A stretch of DNA of 64,000 nucleotides from an uncultured Actinomycetes bacterium (GCA_963725665.1 CAVRZA010000011.1:448001-512000), one strand, 5' to 3'. Positions 28,074 through 38,625 are shown, counted from the first letter of the stretch. Notes: generated by a model from the sequence alone, not told the origin. Made by a program: numbers and translations.

Positions 28074-29596
28074 GCCGCGGCCTCGCCGCGCAGATCCGGT
28101 AGCGCACGGTGTCCAGACTGCCCCTCCTCGAGCCGCTCGGCGCGCAGCACCACGGCGAGGCCAAGCCCGAAGAGGACCCACATGGGCGGGAAGTCGAACA
28201 CGGAGCTTGGTCCCCAGCAGCCGATCACGTAGCCGGCGACGGCGATCGAGGTCGCCGTCCCTAAGAAGCGCAGCTGGGGGTCGGCACTGTCGCGTCCGAT
28301 CCTCCACAGGGCGACGAACAGGCCTACGTAGAAGAGCAGGTAGAAGACAAGGCCGGGCAAGCCGCCGTCGACGAGGACCTCCATCCACCAGTTGTGGAGG
28401 TTCGCGAGCTCCCCGAGTCTATCGGGTTGCTGCTTTACCAGTCCTTCGGCGTTGCCCGGGCCCGCGCCGGCGAGGTCGTACTGCAGGGCCGCGTGCCATC
28501 CCGCCCGTAGAAGCGCGACCCGGGAGCCACCCGAGCCGCTTCCCGACTCCACCTGCTGGGTCACGACACTCAGCTGGAACTGGTCGAGAAGGTGAGACTG
28601 CGAGCTGTTGAAGGCGAGGAAGGCCAGCCCGGCGAGCAAGGCGACGCCGATGACCACGATGGCGCCGCGATGCCTCACCCTGCCGCGCGCGAAGAGCACG
28701 GCCATGACGAGGAGCGTCTCGAAGCCGATCGCCACGAGCGCCACACGCGACCCCGTGTGGAGCAGGGCGTAGGCGCTGAGGGCGAGCCCGAGCAGGGCGA
28801 GCGCCTGGAGCGACGCGCGTCGTGTGAGGAAGAGACCAACGAGGAGAAAGGGCAGACACATGGCGAGGTATGTGGCCAGGTCGTTGGGGTTGAAGAAGAA
28901 ACCCGTCGCGAAGCGGGCGATCCTTTGCCCTCCGTATGCCGAGCTTGGCAGGTGCAGTCCGAGCGTGCCCTCTGCAGTCGCGACGAGCAGGTTCAGCGCC
29001 AAGGCGATGCCGAGCACGACGAGCAGGGTGTGCAGGCGCTCACGGGTCGTGCCCCAGTAGGTCGTCGCGACGAGCACGACGACCATGAGCGCCAGCAGCG
29101 CCAGGTAGCGGAAGCCGGCCGTCTTGTCGGGCGCCCAGAGGAGGCTGAGCAGAAGCCAGCCGAGCCAGGCGGCCAGCCAGGCGATGAGGCTGAGCGGCGC
29201 GACACGCAGCCGCGGCCGCGCGAGCAGGGCCCACGTAAGGGTGCCGAAGATGAGAACGGCGACGAGCACGCGAAAGGCGAAGACCTGGCGCGCCTGGGGC
29301 AGGGCGACGGCAGGCCCGAGGAGTGCGGCGAGGACGACGAGCAGGGCGAGGAAGCGCAGAGCCCTGCGCAGCGGCAGACGCAGTAGGCGCCGTCCGGCGA
29401 CGAGGACGAGCGCGACGATGACGAAGAGCCCGAGGCCGAAAACGGTGCGTCGTGGGTGAACGTGCAACGACCAGACGATGAGCACGGTGGCCAGCGTGCC
29501 GGCGAGCAGCGCCAGTACCGTCGGCCACCTTGGGGCCCACCGGCTCCTTCCGCCGCCTGAGGCGGACGGCAGCTTACCAGGCACGGCTGGGCTCAC
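28070..29596 (-). CDS. O-antigen ligase/Wzy polymerase family (TuaE-like)
   Basis: About 12 TM helices with FFNPNDLA, TGSR, GAGPG and HNWWMEVL motifs. Confidence 0.8.
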   Translation of the reverse strand: MSPAVPGKLPSASGGGRSRWAPRWPTVLALLAGTLATVLIVWSLHVHPRRTVFGLGLFVIVALVLVAGRRLLRLPLRRALRFLALLVVLAALLGPAVALPQARQVFAFRVLVAVLIFGTLTWALLARPRLRVAPLSLIAWLAAWLGWLLLSLLWAPDKTAGFRYLALLALMVVVLVATTYWGTTRERLHTLLVVLGIALALNLLVATAEGTLGLHLPSSAYGGQRIARFATGFFFNPNDLATYLAMCLPFLLVGLFLTRRASLQALALLGLALSAYALLHTGSRVALVAIGFETLLVMAVLFARGRVRHRGAIVVIGVALLAGLAFLAFNSSQSHLLDQFQLSVVTQQVESGSGSGGSRVALLRAGWHAALQYDLAGAGPGNAEGLVKQQPDRLGELANLHNWWMEVLVDGGLPGLVFYLLFYVGLFVALWRIGRDSADPQLRFLGTATSIAVAGYVIGCWGPSSVFDFPPMWVLFGLGLAVVLRAERLEEGQSGHRALPDLRGEAAA

Positions 29597-30966
29597 GGGC
29601 CGGTTCCGCCCCGTCGGTCGCGCATCTCATCCAAGAGAGCCGCAAGCTCGCCGGTGAGGCGGCGGCCATCGTAGCGGGCCACTTTGTCGGGGGCGGGCGG
29701 CGCGATCGATCCCGATCGCGCCGCCCGCACGAACTCGGCCAGCCGCTCGGCCAGCGTCTCGTCCGGCATGAGCGACCGGCCTCCGCCGATGTCTGCCAGT
29801 AGCTGAGCGGCGGCGGATTCGGGCGACGTCAGGGCGACGATGGGGCGGTCGGCGGCTATGTACTCGAAGATCTTGGAGGTGAGCGACTCCGGGGCCACTC
29901 CCGGGATGAGGAGGAGCGCGTCGGCCGCGCGCTGGTAGCCACGCGCGACGGCGCGTGGTGCGAGGGGCTTCACCTGCACCCGGTCGGCGATCCCCAGCTC
30001 GGCGGCGCGCGCGTGCAGCAGCTGTCCCTCGACCCCGAGGAAGAGCGCCTTGACGTTGTGGGGCAGGTCAGCGAGCGCCTCTAAGAAGCGCATGACGTGC
30101 GGCACGCGTATCCCGTACAGGCGGCCGGTGTAGACGATCCAGAAGGACTCGCGAGGGAGCTCGATCGGGGCGACCTCCTCCTGGGGGTCGAAGCCGTTGG
30201 GGACGACGTGCACCGGCGGGGCCGCACCGGGGTAGCGCCGCCGCAGGTCCTCGGCGATCGGCTCGTTGATGGCGGTGGCGGTGGCGGCCTGCGCGAGAGC
30301 CAGTCGCTGAAGTGAGGAATGCGCCCAGCGGTGCAGTGGCGTCGGCGGCCGCATCGACTGAGGCACGGGCCACGGGTCACGGTAGTCGGCCAGCCAGGGC
30401 AGCCCGCTCTCGTACGCGAGCCGGGCGGCGATGAGGTGCGTGCTGGCGACGGGGAAGCTCGAGAAGATGGCATCGTAGCGCTCTTCGTGCAGCAGGCGCC
30501 GCCCCAGCATGATGCCGGGCAGGATCCAGCCTATGTACGGGTCGGGGACGAACAGCCAATCGTTGATGACTTCGCGGCGCAGCAGCCGGCGTGGCGGCCT
30601 TCCCGCGTTGGTGTGGGCCTCCGCCTGCGGCGGTCGCGAGGCGGCCTGGCCTTGATCGACCGTGTCGCCTCCTCCTCCGCCGCTACTCGCGGTGCGCCCG
30701 CCACGGCGAGCCTGAGAGGCTGTCGCGAGGAGTCTGCCACCGAACGCGTAGAGTCCGTGCGGTCTCGGTGCCGCCGCGCGCACGATGCGGACTCCCGGCG
30801 GGTCGGGCACCGGTCCGGTCAGGCGTGCTGAGAGCACCACGGGTTCCCAGCCGAACTCGGGAAGGTAGCGGATGAAGCGAAGCTGGCGCGCGTTGCCCCC
30901 GGTGGCGAGGGGCGGGAAGTAATTGGCCACCATCAGCACTCTGCAGGGCGGTCGCCGTTCGCTCAC
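29593..30966 (-). CDS. GT4 glycosyltransferase
   Basis: YFPP, PDPYIGW, ADYRDPW, PNGFD, YTG and KIFEY motifs. Confidence 0.88.
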   Translation of the reverse strand: MSERRPPCRVLMVANYFPPLATGGNARQLRFIRYLPEFGWEPVVLSARLTGPVPDPPGVRIVRAAAPRPHGLYAFGGRLLATASQARRGGRTASSGGGGGDTVDQGQAASRPPQAEAHTNAGRPPRRLLRREVINDWLFVPDPYIGWILPGIMLGRRLLHEERYDAIFSSFPVASTHLIAARLAYESGLPWLADYRDPWPVPQSMRPPTPLHRWAHSSLQRLALAQAATATAINEPIAEDLRRRYPGAAPPVHVVPNGFDPQEEVAPIELPRESFWIVYTGRLYGIRVPHVMRFLEALADLPHNVKALFLGVEGQLLHARAAELGIADRVQVKPLAPRAVARGYQRAADALLLIPGVAPESLTSKIFEYIAADRPIVALTSPESAAAQLLADIGGGRSLMPDETLAERLAEFVRAARSGSIAPPAPDKVARYDGRRLTGELAALLDEMRDRRGGTGP

Positions 30967-31086
30967 GAGCGACCCTGCCTGCGGCTACGTTGGATGTGAG
31001 GGTTCCGGCCGGTCACAAGCCGGGGATTCTACCATCAGGGGTGCTTGCCGGACGGGTGGGCAAGCGGGGGCTGCGGCCGGCGCTCG

Positions 31087-32898
31087 TCACGTCCCCAGTT
31101 CCTCCCCAGGACGTATGCCCAGCCGCTCGGCCGTCTCCACCTCCTGCTCCTCGGCGTCCCGCAGCTCGTCGAGCGTGAGCTCGGCGAGCTCCTCTTGGTC
31201 GGCACTCGTCGCGACCCCGGTTGGTGTCCGCTCCCGCTGCGCGTCCGGCTGCGCCGCCGCGGGGGTGGGCGCCGCCACCATCGGTCGCTCCGCCGCGGCA
31301 GCTGGTGTCGTCTCCGCGGCGGCCTTCTCGGCCTGAGGCAGCGGCCTGCGCTGCCGCGCTTCGCGCGCCAGACGCAAGGGGTGGAGAAGCTGCAGCGCGA
31401 TGCGCTTCAGCGCCGGCAGCTCGCCGGGCGTGAAGAAACGGAGCGCGAGCAGCGTGGCCGGGAAGAGCGCCAGCGCCGGCAGCTTGTAGAGCTGGTCTAG
31501 CGCGAGGGTGTCGATCGGCGCGTAGACGGATTCGCCGCTGACCTTCGCGATGAGCCAGGCCGCGACGAGGGTCGCGGCCGTCGCCGCCGAGATCTTGACC
31601 AGCCTCCCGAGCTCGTGGGAGATCCTGTAGTAGTGCTGTGACACGGCGCGCATCAGGAACGTCAGCACGGCGAACCCGATGAGCGTCGACCAGGCGGCGG
31701 CGATGTAGCCGTAGCGAGGGATGAAGACGATGTTCAGGCCGACGTTGAGAAGGGCGGCGGCGGTGACGGCCACTGGGATCAGGCGGTTCTTCTTCATCAC
31801 GTTGGCGCCCACCGCCATGATGTAGTACGCACCGAAGAAGAGTGTCGAGAAGGCCAGCACGAGGGTGGCCGGCCCCACCGACCAGTAGTCGGGTTTGCGC
31901 AGCAGCAGGCGCACCCACACCGGCATGAAGACGCCCAAGACGACGATGATGCTCACCGAGAGCAGACAGAAGTAGGTGAAGCCGCGGGCTACCAGCCGTT
32001 TGTGCCTGGGTGGGTCGTGCAACCAGGAGTAGTGCCACTGCGGCCAGGCCAAGCGGAACGAGTTCATGGCGAAGTACACCGGCTGGGCCAGCATGAAGGC
32101 GCTGCTGTAGAGACCCACCTGGACGATGTCGGTGAAGACACGCACGAAGTAGCGGTCCGAGTAGTTGAGCACATAGAACGCGACTGAGCCGAAGAGGCTC
32201 GCCGACGCGAAGGCGAGCATCTCCTTGAACAGCCGCCCATCCCAGAAGAGGTGGATGCGGCGCCAGTAGGTCGGTATGGCGACCACGTTGAGCGTGAACG
32301 ACGTGACGCAGACCGCGATGAGCACGCCGAGCACGCCCAGGTGGACCACCGTCACGAGCGCGACGGTGAGAGGGATCTGGATGAAGACGCGCACCAGCGT
32401 GAACCCCAGGAAGCGCCAGGGCCGATGGTCGAGACGGAAGAGCGTGAACGGCAGGTCGCTCCAGTTCACGAAGAACTCGTTGAGCAGCATCAGCTCGAAG
32501 TACACCGTGTAGCCGGGGCCGCCCATGATGACGCCCGAGAGCCAGGGCATGACGAGAGCCAGCGAGCCGAGGAAGAGGAACGGCCAGATGGTACTGACGT
32601 AGAACGTCAAGGTGATGATCCGGCTCCGGTGCTTCTCGGCGTGGTCGTCGAAGTAGAAGCGCGCGAAGGTCACGTCCCAGCCCAGCGTGACGAAGACGTC
32701 GATGAGCAGGCCGGTGGCCAGCACCATGGCGAGGATGCCGTAGTCGCGCGGCGTGAGGTACTGCGTGTAGATAGGCAGCAGGAAGAGCGCGAGGAACTTC
32801 TGGAGGATGCGCCCGCCGCCGTAGATGATGGAGTCGCCGAACAGGCTGGCGACGCCGAACTGCTTGCCGGAGGCGCGGCGCGCGGCGGTGTCCGTCAC
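31087..32898 (-). CDS. Wzx-type flippase
   Basis: LLPIYTQYLTPRDYG, DRYF and VGLYS motifs, about 14 TM helices and an acidic C-terminal tail. AGGAG RBS before GTG 32898. Confidence 0.85.
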   Translation of the reverse strand: MTDTAARRASGKQFGVASLFGDSIIYGGGRILQKFLALFLLPIYTQYLTPRDYGILAMVLATGLLIDVFVTLGWDVTFARFYFDDHAEKHRSRIITLTFYVSTIWPFLFLGSLALVMPWLSGVIMGGPGYTVYFELMLLNEFFVNWSDLPFTLFRLDHRPWRFLGFTLVRVFIQIPLTVALVTVVHLGVLGVLIAVCVTSFTLNVVAIPTYWRRIHLFWDGRLFKEMLAFASASLFGSVAFYVLNYSDRYFVRVFTDIVQVGLYSSAFMLAQPVYFAMNSFRLAWPQWHYSWLHDPPRHKRLVARGFTYFCLLSVSIIVVLGVFMPVWVRLLLRKPDYWSVGPATLVLAFSTLFFGAYYIMAVGANVMKKNRLIPVAVTAAALLNVGLNIVFIPRYGYIAAAWSTLIGFAVLTFLMRAVSQHYYRISHELGRLVKISAATAATLVAAWLIAKVSGESVYAPIDTLALDQLYKLPALALFPATLLALRFFTPGELPALKRIALQLLHPLRLAREARQRRPLPQAEKAAAETTPAAAAERPMVAAPTPAAAQPDAQRERTPTGVATSADQEELAELTLDELRDAEEQEVETAERLGIRPGEELGT

Positions 32899-33076
32899 GT
32901 GCTCCTGCTGCCGTGGGACTCGACGGTACTCACAAGCCCTGGATTGTAGCATCGGGGCCCAAGCGGGCCGGTCGGCCGTCTTGTAGTGTCAGCCCCACTG
33001 CGGCCTGGTCGGCCGTCGCGACACGTACGGTGCGGATCTTGCGGCGGCGACGTCCGCCCCGGCCTGTCTGGCGACC

Positions 33077-34225
33077 TCAGCCCGGACGGCGGTACGACTG
33101 CGGCAGCTCTTTGGGGAAGAGGTCGCCGTGGGCGATCTCGGCGGCGAGCTCTTCGGCCGCCAGTGGAGATGAGCCGCGGCGGCGTGCCCGCGCCATGACC
33201 TCACCTACACGCAGACCGGCCGTGTGCTGCTCGATCACGGGCGCGGGGACCAGCTCTCCGATGGTGCGCGCGGTGTGGCCGCCTCCCGGGTCTGACTCGG
33301 GGAAGACTCGCAACCCAGCATCCTCGAGGCCGCGTCGGTCGACCCTTCCGTTGTACACGACGACGGCGAGATGCGGGGCGAGCGCCGCCAGCTCGGCGGC
33401 CGAGATGACGGCGCTCGCCCCGACGAGCTCCGTCTCCGGCTGGGCCGTGAAGGTCAGCAGCGCGTCGAGCTCCGGCAGAAGGCGCCGCACCTCCGTGTCG
33501 CCCAGGCCGTCACCGACCTTCTCGGCGCCGCAGAGCGACACCCGGCCGGGTCCGTCGGGGCCGGCGACGAGCACGCGAGCGCCCATCTGGGCCAACACGC
33601 GCGCGACCTTGGGATAGACGATGCCGTCGGCGGCGAAGAGCAGGGTCGATCCGATGATCTCGACGCCCAAGCTGAGCAGGAACCAGGCGACGCGCAGCGC
33701 CGTGTAGCGGAAGAGGTCGATGCCGTCCTCGTCGACGCCGGCGATGGCGATACCGGTGCGCCGGCAGCCGACCGCGTCGACCTCCGTGGGCCGCCAGTCG
33801 GCCACGGCGAACATCAGGCTGACGACGGCCGTCTCGGGCAGCGAGCGGATCACGCTCTCGTCGATCGGCCGCACGCCGGCCAGGTTGGTGACGACGTCGA
33901 CCGTGGCCAGCGGCGCCTGAAGCTTGCTGCCGACGAAGCTCACCCGGTCCTGCACGCCGGCGAGGCGCGCCAGGTAGGCCGTCTGCTCTTGCGCCTCCTC
34001 GCGCGTGCCGAAATCGCTATCGCGCGCGACGGCGACCACGGCGGCGCCTGCCAGCGCCGCCACCGTCGCCGTCGCGCGGTAGTAGCCGGTGGCCGCCTCG
34101 GTGAGTACCGTCATGCCCTGCAGGTCGAGCTCATGGCGGGCGATGGCGCGCTCGGCCAGACGCACGACGTAAAGGCCGGGAAAGCGCCCGTCGCAGGCGA
34201 AGCGGCTGTCGCTGACGATGACCAT
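33077..34225 (-). CDS. Uncharacterised Rossmann-like protein associated with the polysaccharide locus
   Basis: VLTEAATGYY, ALAGA-VVAVARDSDFG, DVVTN-GVRPID and HTAGLRVGE segments. Good codon bias; function not recognised. Confidence 0.65.
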   Translation of the reverse strand: MVIVSDSRFACDGRFPGLYVVRLAERAIARHELDLQGMTVLTEAATGYYRATATVAALAGAAVVAVARDSDFGTREEAQEQTAYLARLAGVQDRVSFVGSKLQAPLATVDVVTNLAGVRPIDESVIRSLPETAVVSLMFAVADWRPTEVDAVGCRRTGIAIAGVDEDGIDLFRYTALRVAWFLLSLGVEIIGSTLLFAADGIVYPKVARVLAQMGARVLVAGPDGPGRVSLCGAEKVGDGLGDTEVRRLLPELDALLTFTAQPETELVGASAVISAAELAALAPHLAVVVYNGRVDRRGLEDAGLRVFPESDPGGGHTARTIGELVPAPVIEQHTAGLRVGEVMARARRRGSSPLAAEELAAEIAHGDLFPKELPQSYRRPG

Positions 34226-34530
34226 GGTCGCCGGACCGGCGGCGAGAGACGTCGCCCGTCAGAGCGCAGTATACCTGCATTCCACGGGCCCCCAGCTGCG
34301 GCGCCTACCGCTCAGAGCCGTTGGCGGACGGCGCTCGCCGCAGCCAAGCGGCGCGACTTGGAGCCGTGGCCCACCCGCATCGGAGCCGCCGCCCACCCGC
34401 CTCCCACTATGTTCTTCGTTCCCTATTCGTGCGGTATCATGGCTCTTCGCGACGAAGCAGGCTAATCCGCCGGGGCCCGTCCGTGAACGGGCGAGCGAGT
34501 GGCGCACCCGGCGTGGAGGGAGCGATCTCT

Positions 34531-35301
34531 GTGACCATCCGCCTCCTAGGATTGAACTTCAGCCCACGTTCGGGGAGCAACAGCGGTCTGCTGTTGCGGC
34601 GTTCATTGGAACGCCTCGGTGAAGCGTACCCGGGTGAGGTCGAGCACGAGGTCATCGATCTGCGCGACCTGCAGATCCTGCCGTGCAAGGCGTGCGACGT
34701 GTGCGGCAAGACGAAGGACGGGCGCTACATCGACTGCGTGCGTGTGCACGAGGACGACGCGCAGGGCGTCCTCGACGCCATGGTGGCGGCCGACGGCCTC
34801 CTCATCGGTACCCCCGTCTACTTCGGTCTGCCCTCGGACCTGTTCTCGAGGTTCATCATGCGCACGCGTCCGCTGCGGCATCAGGACTTTAGGCTCGCCA
34901 ATCGCCCGGTCGGAGTCATGGCCATCGCCGGACGCCGCTCGGGCGGCGCCGAGACGACCATCATGTCGGCTTGGCTGCCGTTCATCCGCAACGGCTGTCT
35001 CATCGTCGGCAACGGCGACGCCACGTGCCAGTTCGGCGCCATGGGCTGGGCCGGCAAGAGAGGCGACATCCTGACCGACGAGTGGGGCATGGAGCAGGGC
35101 TTCCAGGTGGCCGAGAGGGTGTTCACCGTGGCCAAGCTGATCCGGGCCGGCACGGACACGCTGGACTACGTTAACCTCATGCGCTTCTCCTACGAATCGG
35201 GCATGCGGCAGGTCCCGCCGGCAGCTGCGCCGGCGCCGCCCGCGGCCGAGGGTCGACGAGCCGACGTGCAGACATCCGACCTGATGGAGGACGCGCCATG
35301 A
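34531..35301 (+). CDS. Flavodoxin-fold iron-sulfur flavoprotein / NADPH-dependent FMN reductase family
   Basis: FSPRSGSNS, CKACDVC...C, DDAQ, GTPVYF, RSGGAE and D.WG motifs. Confidence 0.85.
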   Translation: MTIRLLGLNFSPRSGSNSGLLLRRSLERLGEAYPGEVEHEVIDLRDLQILPCKACDVCGKTKDGRYIDCVRVHEDDAQGVLDAMVAADGLLIGTPVYFGLPSDLFSRFIMRTRPLRHQDFRLANRPVGVMAIAGRRSGGAETTIMSAWLPFIRNGCLIVGNGDATCQFGAMGWAGKRGDILTDEWGMEQGFQVAERVFTVAKLIRAGTDTLDYVNLMRFSYESGMRQVPPAAAPAPPAAEGRRADVQTSDLMEDAP

Positions 35302-35549
35302 GCGATGCCGACGTGATCCTGGAGTTCATCCGTGACGAGCTGCTCGAAGACGACGTCGACATCGACGATGACACGTCCCTCTTTCGTGACCAGCTCCTCG
35401 ACTCGATGAACCTGACGTCGCTGATCGTCTTTCTCGAGCAGACCTTCGCTATCAAGATCAAGGCCATGGACATCGTGTACGAGAACCTCGACACGGTCGG
35501 GCACATGCTGGCCTTCATCGACCGTAAGCGGGCTGCGCAGCCCGCCTGA
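35298..35549 (+). CDS. Acyl carrier protein
   Basis: Acidic 83 aa with an LLDSM phosphopantetheine site and ENLDTV. ATGA overlap with the flavoprotein gene. Confidence 0.9.
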   Translation: MSDADVILEFIRDELLEDDVDIDDDTSLFRDQLLDSMNLTSLIVFLEQTFAIKIKAMDIVYENLDTVGHMLAFIDRKRAAQPA

Positions 35550-35589
35550 CGAAGGCCGGCGCGTGGGCGGGCGACGAAGAAGGTAGAAG

Positions 35590-35826
35590 ATGACCGAGAC
35601 GCTTGATCGGACGACCGCCGCGGCGCCCTCTGTTGCTATGCCCGCCGACGGGCAGGCGGCGCGCGCCGTCGACGACGTCGTCGAGCACGCGCGCCGCCTG
35701 CCGTCGGGCTGGTATGTGCTCGGGCTTGCCGTCCAGGTGTTCCTCTGGTTCCTGGTGTTCCTCGGTATCGCCGTGGCGATCGGCGTCGGCGGCCACCTGA
35801 CGGAGTTCCGCTACGTTGGTTTCTGA
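35590..35826 (+). CDS. DltX-like small single-pass membrane protein
   Basis: One TM helix and C-terminal FRYVGF, resembling the F-x-Y-x-x-F tail of DltX. Located within an ACP/MBOAT operon. Confidence 0.65.
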   Translation: MTETLDRTTAAAPSVAMPADGQAARAVDDVVEHARRLPSGWYVLGLAVQVFLWFLVFLGIAVAIGVGGHLTEFRYVGF

Positions 35827-35833
35827 GACGGGG

Positions 35834-37345
35834 GTGGAGACGACCGGAGCCCTCCGGCGCCTCCTGGTCGTGGCGCGTGAGGAACCCGGGCGCACGCTGC
35901 TCGTCAGTGACGAGTCGCGCTACACCTTCTCCTCCTTTGTTGGCCAGGCGGCCGCCGTCGTGACGCGCCTGCGCTGCAACGGCTTCGCCCGCGGCGACCG
36001 TGTGGCCCTGTACTTCGACGACTACGACGCCTTCTTCATCTCGATGGTCGGGGTATGGCTCGCCGGCGGGGTCGTCGTGCCTCTCAACACCACGCTCCCG
36101 TCTGACAGTGTCGAGGAGCTGGTCGCCAAGGCCAGTCCGGCCTTCCTGCTCACGACTCCGGCGGCGGACCCCCTGCCTTCGCTTGCTGCCGCTCGTCCGC
36201 GGCGGCTCGTCGTCGATCCGGCCATAGTGGCGCGGGACGGGTTGCCGACCGTCGCGGCGGCGTCGTTCACTCCCGTCGCTCCGTCGGAGCTCGCCGTCAT
36301 CATGTTCACGTCGGGCTCGACGGGAGTCCCGAAGGGCGTCATGCAGACCCTCGAGGGCGTGCTGGGCAACGCCGAGAGGGTCGCGCGTGAGCTCGAGCTC
36401 ACGGCGGACGATCGCATCTTCATCAACACGCCGCCGTATTTCACCAGCGGAATCTGCCACTTCCTCACTCTGTTGAGCGCCGGCGGCTCGCTCGTCGGAC
36501 GGCAGGGGTTCCGCTTCGGCGGCGGTCTGCTCACCGAGATGGAAGAGGCGGGCTGCACCGGGTTCGGGGGCGCTCCGGCGCACCTGGTGCGCGTCGTGGA
36601 TCCCCTGGAGGAGCCGGTCGAACCCGAGCTGCTGCGCTTCTGGGTGAGCTCGGGCGACCATCTGCCGGTGGCCACCATCGACAGGATGCGTGAGATGCTG
36701 CCCGGCGTTGCGCTGTACAACATGTACGGGCTGACCGAGGTGTCGGGGCGGCTGTGCATCCTGCCTCCGGCCGAGGTCGACCGCAGGCGCGACTCCGTGG
36801 GCCGGCCGATCGAGGGCATGCGCGCGAGCGCGCGGCGCGACGACGGCTCGCCGGCCTCGCCGGGCGAGGCCGGCGAGCTCTACGTCGAGGGCGACCTTCT
36901 GATGCAGGGCTACCTCGACGAGCCGCTGCTCACCGAAGAGGCTCTCACCGGTTGCGGCTTCCGCACCGGCGACGTCGGCCACGTCGATGACGACGGCTAC
37001 GTTTGGGTCACCGGGCGCAAGGACGACATCTTCAAGCGCGGCGGCGAGAAGGTCTCGGCCGTACACATCCAGCAGGCGATCGCGGCGACCGGCACCGTCG
37101 TCGACGCCGTCGTGCTGGCCCTCGACGACGAGCTTCTCGGCAAGGTGCCCGTCGCCTTCGTGGTGCCGGTCGCCCCGGAGTCGTTCACCGTGCGCGGGCT
37201 GATGAAGGAGCTCAAGAGACGGGTCCAACCGGCCTGGCTTCCGGCCCGCGTGGTCGTGCTCGCTGAGATCCCGCGGACGGGATCGGGTAAGGCCGTGCGC
37301 GCCAGGCTCCTGGAGCACGCAGAAGCGGCGGGGCCGCAGCGGTGA
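35834..37345 (+). CDS. Class I adenylate-forming enzyme (acyl-AMP/ACP ligase)
   Basis: FTSGSTGVPKGV, YGLTE, FRTGD, GRKDD and PRTGSGK motifs. Start uncertain (35816-35834). Confidence 0.9.
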   Translation: METTGALRRLLVVAREEPGRTLLVSDESRYTFSSFVGQAAAVVTRLRCNGFARGDRVALYFDDYDAFFISMVGVWLAGGVVVPLNTTLPSDSVEELVAKASPAFLLTTPAADPLPSLAAARPRRLVVDPAIVARDGLPTVAAASFTPVAPSELAVIMFTSGSTGVPKGVMQTLEGVLGNAERVARELELTADDRIFINTPPYFTSGICHFLTLLSAGGSLVGRQGFRFGGGLLTEMEEAGCTGFGGAPAHLVRVVDPLEEPVEPELLRFWVSSGDHLPVATIDRMREMLPGVALYNMYGLTEVSGRLCILPPAEVDRRRDSVGRPIEGMRASARRDDGSPASPGEAGELYVEGDLLMQGYLDEPLLTEEALTGCGFRTGDVGHVDDDGYVWVTGRKDDIFKRGGEKVSAVHIQQAIAATGTVVDAVVLALDDELLGKVPVAFVVPVAPESFTVRGLMKELKRRVQPAWLPARVVVLAEIPRTGSGKAVRARLLEHAEAAGPQR

Positions 37346-38625
37346 GGATCTACTTCACGCTCTACATCATCCCCGTGGTCGCCGTTGCGCTGCTGCTCTA
37401 CTGGGGCCCGTTGCGGGGCGAGAGGAGACGTCTGGCGCTCATCATCGTCACCTCGTTCGCCGTACTGGCGCTGCTGCACCCCGTCTTCGTGGTCGTCGTG
37501 CTCGGCCTGGCCTTCTTCACGCACCGCCTCGTGGAGTGGCGCAAGAACGGACGGCTGTCCGTGGGCCAGGTGCTCGTCATGGCGATCTCGCTGGCCGTCG
37601 TGGTGCTCGGCGTAGGCAAGTACGGACACGCGGGGGCACAGGCGCTCTGGGGCCAGAACGACTGGGTGGCACAGCACCTGCTGATGCCCCTGGGGATCAG
37701 CTACTTCGTCTTTCGTCTCCTGCAGTACGTCTTCGACCAGGTCCGCGGGGTCATCACCGAGAACTCCTTCTTCAAGCTGCTGGCCTTCCTGCTCTGGCTT
37801 CCGACCTTCCCCGCCGGTCCGCTCGAGACCTACCAGGGGTTCTACGGCAAGCGCAGCCTCTCGCCCGACCGAGAGCTGGTCTACGCGAGCATCAGGCGCA
37901 TCGTCTTGGGGTACTTCAAGAAGGCCTTCGTGATCGATCTCCTCTTCCCGATCATGTTCGGGAACCTCACGACGACCGTGCTGGCGCGCAACTACGCGCC
38001 GTCGTCCGAGCCGCCCCTGACGTCACTGGCCTTCGTGATCGTGATGTTCCTGCGCGCGTACCTCGACCTCTCTGCCTACACCGACCTCGCCATCGGTTTC
38101 TCGGGACTCTTCGGCTTCCGCATCATGGAGAACTTCCATCGGCCGCTGGTGCAGAAGAACCTCTCGGAGTTCTGGCAGAGCTACCACATCAGCCTGTCGA
38201 CCTGGTGCCGCAACAACGTGTACTTTCCCGTCTTCGGCCTCACCCGCAAGGCGTGGGTCGGGCTCTACGCCTCGATGCTGACCATGGGTCTCTGGCACTA
38301 CGTGAACCTGAACTGGACGTTCTGGGCGCTCTGGCACGCCTCGGGGCTCGTCGTGGTGTCGCGCTGGAAGCAGTACCAGAGGAGCCGGCGCAAGGCGAAG
38401 AAGCGGGCGCTGGCGGTCCCCGAGACGGCGCCGGTGAGCGTCGGCTCCTACCTGTTTGCACTCCCGGCGAGCAAGAAGATGGTGTTCTGGTGGCCCTACG
38501 TGGTCACCTTCCTCTACGTCTCGGTCGGGTACTCGTTCGCGGCGACCCATACGTTTGGCAAGGCCGTCACCGTCTTTGCGTGGTGCTTCTACGGACCGGC
38601 GCTGTGGCTCTTCCACCTCATCTAG
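37342..38625 (+). CDS. MBOAT acyltransferase (AlgI/DltB-like)
   Basis: PLGISYFVF, AGP, GYFKK, YLDLSAYTDLAIG, ENF..P, EFWQSYHISLSTW and MGLWH motifs. Confidence 0.9.
   Translation: MRIYFTLYIIPVVAVALLLYWGPLRGERRRLALIIVTSFAVLALLHPVFVVVVLGLAFFTHRLVEWRKNGRLSVGQVLVMAISLAVVVLGVGKYGHAGAQALWGQNDWVAQHLLMPLGISYFVFRLLQYVFDQVRGVITENSFFKLLAFLLWLPTFPAGPLETYQGFYGKRSLSPDRELVYASIRRIVLGYFKKAFVIDLLFPIMFGNLTTTVLARNYAPSSEPPLTSLAFVIVMFLRAYLDLSAYTDLAIGFSGLFGFRIMENFHRPLVQKNLSEFWQSYHISLSTWCRNNVYFPVFGLTRKAWVGLYASMLTMGLWHYVNLNWTFWALWHASGLVVVSRWKQYQRSRRKAKKRALAVPETAPVSVGSYLFALPASKKMVFWWPYVVTFLYVSVGYSFAATHTFGKAVTVFAWCFYGPALWLFHLI

Noticed and set aside
35298-37345. NRPS/PKS secondary-metabolite cluster
   Set aside because: No condensation, ketosynthase or thioesterase domains; the MBOAT/DltD-like context indicates envelope acylation.
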